DNA of 63,842 bases, the filler included, from Bigelowiella natans CCMP2755 (lineage: Eukaryota; Protista; Cercozoa), in assembly GCA_000320545.1 (NCBI GenBank). It is 3 parts of 3 records of this genome, joined end to end, with 100 filler letters (N's around TTAATTAATTAA, not from the genome) between each part and the next. Parts side by side here need not be neighbours in the genome. Positions count along the whole stretch, not along the records: positions 35,259 to 63,842 come from ADNK01001847.1; 2 more parts are not named here. One strand, given 5' to 3'. The position numbers and the translations under genes were made by a program. Below, one piece after another: positions 55,899 through 63,842 of the stretch. The notes under the pieces were generated by a model that made no database searches, was not told where the DNA came from, and was given only the letters and a program-made list of their open reading frames with translations. Within the stretch, counting starts at the first letter, position 1; the number at the start of each line of letters is the position of its first letter.

Positions 55899-57358
55899 TT
55901 ACGCACTTGCTGTCTCTGGTTTACGCATGAAAGCCTCAGGATCAGCCATGCGTTTAAGTGCAGAAACTACTATTCCCTTACGCTTCATGTCAAACACTGG
56001 ATCCGTTGGGTCTTTTTTCAGTCGATGCCCGATAGCTAAAGGCACAACCCGTTCGAGATCTTCAAAAGTTACTTCAGTTCTGCCGTCTAGTGCAGCTGCG
56101 GCACTGGCAGCGCGAATACAAGCAAGGTCCCCGCGAATCCCTTCGGTTCCGAGACGCCCACAAACCTCGGCCACAGTCACCTGGTGCTCGTCTGGCACTT
56201 TCACTTGAGGAAGAAGCTTGCGTGCGCGATCGATCTGGTTTCTTATAGCCTCTTGCTCCTCCTCGACTTTCTCACAGAAAGCCTGAGGGTCATCGTCAAA
56301 TTCCAGGCGGTCTAATATCATTTGTGTGCAGAGTGTCGAATTCTGGATGGTTGAAACAGTCACGAAGAGCCCGAATCTGTCCAGCAGCTGAGGTCGGAGC
56401 TCGCCTTCATCAGGATGTCCTGTCGCAATCAGGATGTATCTTGCCGGATGTTCTGCAGAGATCCCCTCGCGCTCGACTTTGTTGTAACCGCCAGCCGCGG
56501 AGTCCAGAACGACGTCCACTAAGCTGTCCTCCATAAGGTTAATCTCATCTACGAAAAGAATTCCGCGGTTCGCTTTTGCGAGAAGCCCTGGCTCAAACTT
56601 TTTCTCTCCGCTAAGCAATGCCTCCTCCATGTTTATCGTTCCGCAGACTTTGTCCTCGGTAGCTCCGAGAGGAAGTTGGATCACAGGGGTCTTTATGAAG
56701 ACCGTATCGAGGTCCTTCCCCGCTGCAATGCTCTCCCTTACTTCAGACCCTTGGAGATTGGGGTCGGTCGGATGTGAGTTGTATGGATCTGCCTTGATTG
56801 ATTCGATAAGGGGCAGCACGCTTTTCATTGATTGAATACAGACAGATTTGCCGGTTCCTCTATCTCCAAAAATCAGAACACCTCCAATCTTGGGGTCAAC
56901 AGCGTTCAGCAGAAGCGAAAGTTTCATATCATCCTGCCCGACAATTCTCGCGAACGGAAATTCGTATGTCTCGGTTTCGCTTCCAAAGGCACGAAGACCT
57001 GGGCGTCTTCCCAAACCACTAAATAATTGTAATTGGGTATTGATAATGAGAAGAGAGCATCCAGGTGATAAGGTGTCAGGCGATATTTGTGCATATTGCT
57101 TGTGAACATATCTCTAAGGAGCTTCTTAACTTAGCAATTTTATCGCTACCTCAGACGTGGCTTCGTCATCGATCCCGTCAAGGCAATGTTTCCCCGACTC
57201 CTCGAGCTCAAACCCGCGATGCCGATGCCGACGCTAGACACTGCTGTGTGCTGCATCGAGACAACAACAAGAAGCATAGAGGCAGCGGCAGCGAGCAAAA
57301 CAGCTGTCGCTGTCGTTACTGCACGAGACGATTCTCTTCTCTCCCGCGGCAGTATCAT
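55899..57358 (-). CDS. CHLI: Magnesium chelatase subunit I-like AAA+ ATPase with bipartite plastid-targeting leader
   Basis: FPFARIVGQ, GGVLIFGDRGTGKS, LPLGATEDKVCG, PGLLAKANRGILFVDEIN and GELRPQLLDRFG. Exon 1 (57358-57150) is a hydrophobic signal plus S/R-rich transit-like peptide, spliced in phase to exon 2 starting at 57018. Confidence 0.9.
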
Positions 57359-57878
57359 CTGGGTGCACGTATGGAGGGGAAGGGGAGGACTGGGTCAGAG
57401 ATGGGTGGGGTACCCCTGAGGAAATTACGAAACAAGGGATTCCGTGGTATCTTAATGTGCGACAAATTTTTCATTCAAGACGCTCGAAGAAAACGGCATG
57501 TATATTCGGTTTGAGGAAAATATGGATGAGAGAAGTTGTCTCTCTCCTCTTGTTTATCACAATACGACGTATTACAGCTCCTTCGGTGTACGCCGTTCGA
57601 AGTGGGCACTTCGGCCGTTCCCAGATCTATCTCCTGGGGGATGGACAGGCGCAAGGGTCAGAAAAGGCATGGTTTACTATCCTGCGACAACCCTCATCAG
57701 ATGTTGTAGGTACGGAATGAGCGGCGTTCTTGCCGTTGATTTTGGCACGTTTTCGAAGCATTTCGGGATGAATAATGTCGGGGAATTCTTTGGGATAATA
57801 ATATATCGCCGAGCCTTCTGACCCTGCAGCTGGTGCCTGCCTGCCCCCCGCCTCCAGGGGACCTCCTCATCGTACACC

Positions 57879-58811
57879 ATGTCGATGGGACGGAGAAGGG
57901 AGCGCCAAAGCGCTACTCGCCATGGCGATAAATTTTGGGACGAGGTTCGTCGTTTTTCTTCAAAACGTGTGCGCGTGTGTGGTGGGTGGTGTGGTGTGTT
58001 TGCACGAATTCGTCGTGTGTTGCCGAGGAGAAGCGAGTTACTTGCACCCAGCTGCCCCATCCTTCTCTCAAAAAGGATATCCTTTGTATAGGAAAGGAAT
58101 AACTTCGGGTTCAAGATGATGAAGAAGATGGGTTGGTCGCTTGGGGACGGTTTAGGGAAAAGCAAATCAGGAACGACGACGTTCATTCGAGTTAAGAAGC
58201 GACGTGATAATTCAGGTGTGCTGATCATTGAACATCGAACATGAGGGATTACCAAACTAATTATACCCTGCTTCATCTGCTAAGGAATTGGCGCCAAGGG
58301 CAAAGAAGACGACAAATTCCACGCAATGTCTGGGATGTTCAACCACCTTCTAAAGCGGCTACGAAGCAAGAATCCAGATGGCGATGACGCAGAAGAGGCG
58401 GATAGCTTAGAAAATTCGGAGGGAAAGTAAGGAAGAAAGACCTCATTTCGAATAATGATATCGAATAATGATATCGAATAATGATAACGAATAATGATAA
58501 CGAAACGCCGCATTTATCATCCGAAGAAAACAGTGCAAAATGCGATGTTTGTTTCGTCTCTCAGGGGAATGGAATATAAGACCTCCGGCGCCCGACTAAA
58601 GAGCTTTGTGACGAGGAAGACCCTCTATGGCAAGTTTAGGGCAGCAAAGGACACTTCCCGGCATACCGCAGCTGACAAAGCAGCAATATTTGGTAATCGA
58701 AGCTACTTGACCCCTGGAGCTGGAGTATTCGGAAAATTAGCTGGCAAGACGTCCAAAGCTCCGGAGGAGGAAAAAGCGAAGAAGAACGATGATTTTGAGA
58801 GGTGTGTGTGC

Positions 58812-58853
<42 letters not shown>

Positions 58854-59165
58854 GTGCGTTTGCACAGATGCCTGTGGCACCCTTGATTGTCTCATGCATC
58901 AGCCATCTCTAGATGCTCATTACGACGCCAATGTGCATATGTTCATCATCGTTAGTGACGTAATGACAACGGTCTCGACAACCAACATACGAGACTATTT
59001 CGCGAACAAAATAAAGAACTCCGCCAAGAAGTCTCAGTTCAACGCAGCCGGCGGCCAGGGTTTCACTCTCGAGCAGCAGGTAGCTTTCTGTGCTTTCGCA
59101 CACACAATCGCGCCTCAGACGCACACACACGCGAGCGCCCAGGACTTGCAGAGATAGGCAAAGAA

Positions 59166-59210
<45 letters not shown>

Positions 59211-60054
59211 GGGAGAGAGAGAGAGAGAGAGAGAAAGATAGAGAGAGAGATGAGGGAAGAGGGTTGGCAAACAACACTTCGATTGTCGGAAGAGACATAA
59301 AAAATATATATGTATACCAAATCAGAGCTCCTACTACATGGCCATGCACAACCTCAACCTTTCTCGATCTTCCCGCGGAGGCCTCGGTTTCGGCATGGAG
59401 GAAGATGATGGAAGGGGGGGGAGAGGGGCATCGTCACCAGCAGCATCGGCGGCTTCTCAGAAAGACTACAGTAGCATACCGCCACCGACGGCGCTAGCGA
59501 ATAGCAAGGATAGCGGCACGGGAGAGAGCGCTCACGACGCGCCAGCCAACGGCAAAACGAAGAAGGAGAAGAAAAAGAAAAAGAGCAAACGAAAAAAACT
59601 AGAAGAGGCGGCCAAGAACGGCGACAAACAGAAAAAGAAAAAAAAGAAGCGCAAGCGAGCTGCCGAGGCCAACGGCACAGACGTAGCGGAGAGTGGGGAG
59701 CTCCAAGAAAAGAAGAACAAGAACAAGAACAAGAAGCGAAAGAAGGAGAAGAGCCATGAGAAGGAAGGAGTAGTAGCGATAATGGCCGTGGAAGATTCAA
59801 AGAAGGCCCAGGAGAAGAAGAAGAAGAAGATGAAGAAGAAGAAGGAAAAGAAGGGCAAGGTCGGAGGGAAAAAGAACAAGAAAGGGACGAAAACCCTCGA
59901 AAATGCAAAATCTAACGTCGCCGAGCAGGAAGGCCAACAAAACAAGAAGACTGGAAGTAGCGGGGATGATCCCAAGAAAAAGACCGAAAAGAAGAAGAAG
60001 ATGAAGAAGAAGAAGAAGAAGAAGAAGAAGGCCGATAAGATCAACCAGAAATAA
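57879..60054 (+). CDS. PINX1: PinX1/Pxr1(Gno1) G-patch ribosome biogenesis factor with Lys-rich tail
   Basis: FWDE|ERNNFGFKMMKKMGWSLGDGLGKSKSG (G-patch), VKKRRDNSG|IG, FNHLLKRL, GKFRAAKD...AIFG, IRDYFANK, RGGLGF and a KKE-rich C-terminus. Confidence 0.85.
58449..58503. repeat. Intronic 13-bp minisatellite (CGAATAATGATA[T/A]) x4
   Basis: Directly visible tandem array. Confidence 0.85.
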
Positions 60055-61110
60055 GGAAAGAAAAACAAAGAGGACTAGCACGAGGCTATTGCGCATCTAG
60101 CTCCTTACATGTAGCGCTGAGGCCTGCTGGGCAAATGAAAAAAAGGATTTGTACGACATCATCAAGAGCGCAATATAGTCAGCTCTAGAACTAGCACGTG
60201 CATCGCATCTCCATGCATGCTATGCTGTTAATGATCTGTTTGCAAGCTGAGGATGGTAGGCCAGGGGATGACAAGTGATGCTATGACGCTGTGATTTGCA
60301 AACATGTACATCTAGACACGTCTTGCATAGCATACGCGTTCTGCGCACCTCTCATCAGCATCTATATGACTAGATAATGCAGACAACATGTATAGCTAGC
60401 TAGCTGCTAAATAGTCGCATGCTATAGTATATATGTACATGCACATGCATGCGAACGCGCGAGTACGTACACAACACGCACGCACACTACGCACTGTGCA
60501 CGCACGCCTCTAGAGCAACCAGGTAGCTAGTGAACAGTATGCTATATGGTAGCTATATTTTCATGTTCGAATGAGGTGCTATACATAGCTAAATAAGCTA
60601 GATAGCTGTGTGACATTGCAAGCTGATGTAATGATAAGCGATAAAATCTTTAAATGGCCATCCTCATATTGGGGGCTGTGCAATGCTAGAATGTATTGTG
60701 ATATATATGACATGTATGCTTCATGGTGCTTTATTTTGATCGCGTGGCGCAACACAACGCGCCTCGCAATGCCAATTGTTGCATACAATACGTATACGCG
60801 CATAGTCCATGCGACGGCTAGTATACCAGGGGAAATATAGCCGCACGCCGCCATGACAATGTAAGTCTACGCATATATCGGTGTTGATACTTATAATCTT
60901 CGTCATACAGTTTGAATTACCAAACTGCTCTTGGTGACTAAGCTTCTCCGGATGGATGATAATAACAATTAAAATATCTACGCATAAAGCCCATAAAGCA
61001 CACAAGCCTCTTCTTTTCCTCGATCGCGCTTGTGTCCTTCGCCTTCATGATGTCGGGCGCGCCCCCTTCCCTTCCCCCCCCCCCCTCTTATAACTGTCTT
61101 CGCTTCACCT

Positions 61111-62195
61111 TCAGATCAGCCATTGCCACAACACAAGCCCTGCTGCGGCAGCTGCAGCAGAGAAGGCCTAGCATCAAGAAGAGGAAGAGGAAGTAGAAGA
61201 ACAATCAGAGTCACACGGTGCAACAACAGCCGCCACCCCCTTTCCCCCCCCCCCCACCCCCCCCTCCATCTCCTCCTCCTCCTCCTCCTCTCTAATAGCA
61301 CCATCATATTGGCAGCAGTACTACCTGCATGCGTGATAGCTCCTGATTGACCTCGTTGGACCCCGCCTGACTCAGGTATTCCAGCAGCTCTTTGGTGTGA
61401 AGATTAGGCCGTATTCTCTCCCGTTTCATCTCCTCAATTCTGAGCATGATGAGATGTTGTTGTTGTTGTTGTTGTTTCACATAACACTCCGATGATGAAT
61501 GCCAATGATGGTGGCGGCCGTTTCAAAGCAAGGGAAGGCAGGCTCCCACCATTCCTGGGGGGGGGGGGGGGGAAGCGTGGAAGGAATGAAACCAAAAGTA
61601 AGTGCAAAAACCCTGCGTTTTGGGGACAACAGCCGCCTGAGACGCACCAGCACACCGTGCACTCCTCCCGTGATTTTAAAAAATTAAAAAACCGGCAACC
61701 GTTGCTACCTCTTGTGAGTGTGTGCGCGTGCGTGTTCATGCGTTTACTCACATCCCAAGCGCGGCATCATACTTCTCCAGCCGCAGCATCGCCAGAAGGG
61801 CCAAATTGAACACGTGTACTGAGAGCAGCGAGGACGACGAGGACGGCGGGGGCGGCGAGGGCGGCAGACCGCCATTGCTGCTTTCCTCTCGCTTGCGCTT
61901 GAGCGCATCACGGAAGAGCACCATAACGGCGTTGAAATCTCCCTTGGCCACACGCCTGCACATGGAGGAGGAGGCATCAGCAACCGGGGAGAAGAACCGG
62001 TTGCGTATTATCGAAGCAGGAAGGTCAAATATTCGGAGGAGGAGGAGGAGGAGCAGGAGGAGGAGGAGGAGGAGGAGGAGGAGGAGAGGGGGAAGGGAGA
62101 GATAATAGAAGGCGTGCTAATAATTTTGGGATGATGGCATCAGGGCCGTGGTGGCCAAGCAATAGCAGATTATAGACACACACACACACACACAC

Positions 62196-62240
<45 letters not shown>

Positions 62241-62522
62241 ATATATACACATGTGTGTGCGTGTTTGTGTGTAGTACGCTTTCATCCTCGCGCAGAGCGT
62301 GTAGGAGGAGTAAGGATAACCCAGCATCGTCATCTCCACATACAGCGACTCGACCTTGTCGATGTCACCTGCTCATTATCGTTTATCATTATTCATCTAA
62401 TCATGATGAGTATCATTACTTGTCAATCATTTGTTACAGGTATTTTCCTAACACCGATCGCTTTTAACTGCTATCATGGGTATCTCCGAAACTGCTTTCG
62501 CGGGGAGGGATTGAGATAGAGG

Positions 62523-62564
<42 letters not shown>

Positions 62565-63725
62565 GTGTGCAGCAGGCAATGCTCGCGTCATATGTTACTC
62601 CGCCTCCTCCAGCCCCTCACTGTCTATTCCCCGCCCCGCCCCTCCGTCCCCCCCCTTCCTCGCTATGGCGCCCACTCCAAGAGGGCCTTGGGGTAATCAT
62701 CACCACCATCACCACCATCACCTTGTCTGCCATACATCTGCTGCACGATTTCGAAGCTGATGGCGTCGGCAGGGGGCGAGCTTGAGCCGCTGCTGCCCGG
62801 GTCGTTGCTGCTGGTGCTGAAGAAAAAGGGGTCTCTGGGATCATCATCGCCGCCGCCGCCGCCACCGCCAACGGCAGCGGCGCGAGCAGCAGCCCTCTTC
62901 GTGCACTCAGAACGCATCTTGGAGAAGAGCTGCCAGGCCTGGTCGATCATGCGCGCCTGGGGTGTTGTTAGTAGTGTTGCTGTGTTAAATAGTGATAGTC
63001 GTCGCTGCTGCTGCCCAGCGGAAGGGACAAGGCGCCGTCACGCACCGAAATCAACCCGGATGTTGCACTTCTTCTTCTTTTTTTTTAATTCAAAAAACAG
63101 AAAATTTGATCTGAGGAGGCGGAGAAGCGGGGAGGGGTGGGGGGGATGGGCAGGGAGGAATTTCTCGAGCAGCTGCTGCTGCTGCTGCCCGTCTCTTTCA
63201 AACCTTAGCTAGCGCTGAAAGGACCAAGTTGCACTCTAACGTCCGGAAAAACATGTTGTTCGCCTGTATTTCCCATTCGTTAATTCTCGGATCGTGAGGA
63301 GTACTGCCACTAATATTACTACTACAACAACTACTACTACTAATAATAACAGTAAAAATGATGATAATAATAATGACAGCAGCGCCCAGTGTAACACTGC
63401 ACATATCCTCGCCCAACCACGATGGATGGAACCATGGATAACGGGGGGAAGAGGAGAAGAAAAGAAGAATAAGGAGAAAAAGAGGAAGAGAATTAGTAAA
63501 AGAAAATGGAGACTATCTGAAACCTGCATCTCAGTCAGCAAATCGAGGGCCTTTTCGGGCTCTCGGCATAATTTATACGCGCTAAGCATGGCGGAGAAGA
63601 CGTGCAGGGAATGGTGCGGGCTGATGCTGCTACTGCTGCTATCATCGTCAGGCCCGGCCACACCGCCGCTGCTTGTCGCTGTTGTAGCTCGAATGAAAAC
63701 TTCCTCGGCTTCGGATATCTGGTAG
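61111..63725 (-). CDS. Pentatricopeptide-repeat (PPR) protein, 3' part
   Basis: PPR-like segments: HVFSAMLSAYKLCREPEKALDLLTEMQ, IDQAWQLFSKM...ADAISFEIV, VHVFNLALLAMLRLEKYDAAL and EMKRERIRPNLHT. Last exon AFSAAAAAAGLVLWQWLI*. The gene continues beyond the window. Confidence 0.75.
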
Positions 63726-63842
63726 AGGCACAGGAGAAAATCTACGCTCATCATCTATTGGTAGAGGGGGGGGGGGGGGGGGGGGGGGGGGGTTCCCGAA
63801 ACGCGTATGGTCGGTACGTGGCGCGGAGTCTCTCTCTCTCTC

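Noticed and set aside
55899-57018. ChlD assignment
   Set aside because: The ORF stops after the AAA+ module with no Pro/acidic linker or vWA domain.
57717-57821. Upstream ATG (MSGVLAVDFG...) as the PinX1 start
   Set aside because: The ATG at 57879 splices in phase directly to the G-patch exon and resembles the family N-terminus better.
59354-60096. Phe/Ser/Leu-rich minus-strand ORFs
   Set aside because: They are antisense shadows of the Lys-rich PinX1 tail.

Overview
Eukaryotic nuclear DNA: intron-rich, microsatellite-laden, with two 100-bp assembly gaps. A nuclear ChlI with a signal-peptide plus transit-like leader implies an alga with a complex plastid; a chlorarachniophyte (Bigelowiella-like) is my inference, not verified. 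About 20 protein genes can be traced: countin-like saposin, a 49-aa basic ORF, a TPR protein, a large SAM-CHAT(caspase-like)-STAND-NB-ARC-TPR NLR-like gene, a glycosyltransferase-like/FkbM fusion, an EF-hand protein, patatin, a YlmH-like protein, ABCG, MAPK, a phospholipid methyltransferase, proteasome alpha-6, ChlI, PinX1, a PPR protein and several unknowns. A transposon nest at 16.5-19.6 kb holds a complete non-coding LTR mini-element (TSD, PBS, PPT) and a TIR MITE. Four things stand out. (1) A region-targeted TpA->TpG/CpA mutational process, opposite in direction to fungal RIP, has nearly erased TA from TE relics and 3'-3' spacers while sparing CTAG. It is visible in the LTR-LTR differences and in mutated TA target duplications. 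(2) A candidate protist immune receptor couples a CHAT protease and SAM domain to two tandem STAND NTPases and a near-identical, hypervariable 44-aa TPR array. (3) Gene strand alternates almost perfectly (16 of 17 ungapped neighbour pairs). (4) Divergent and convergent spacers differ sharply in composition. All exon structures were spliced by eye and need RNA-seq confirmation.
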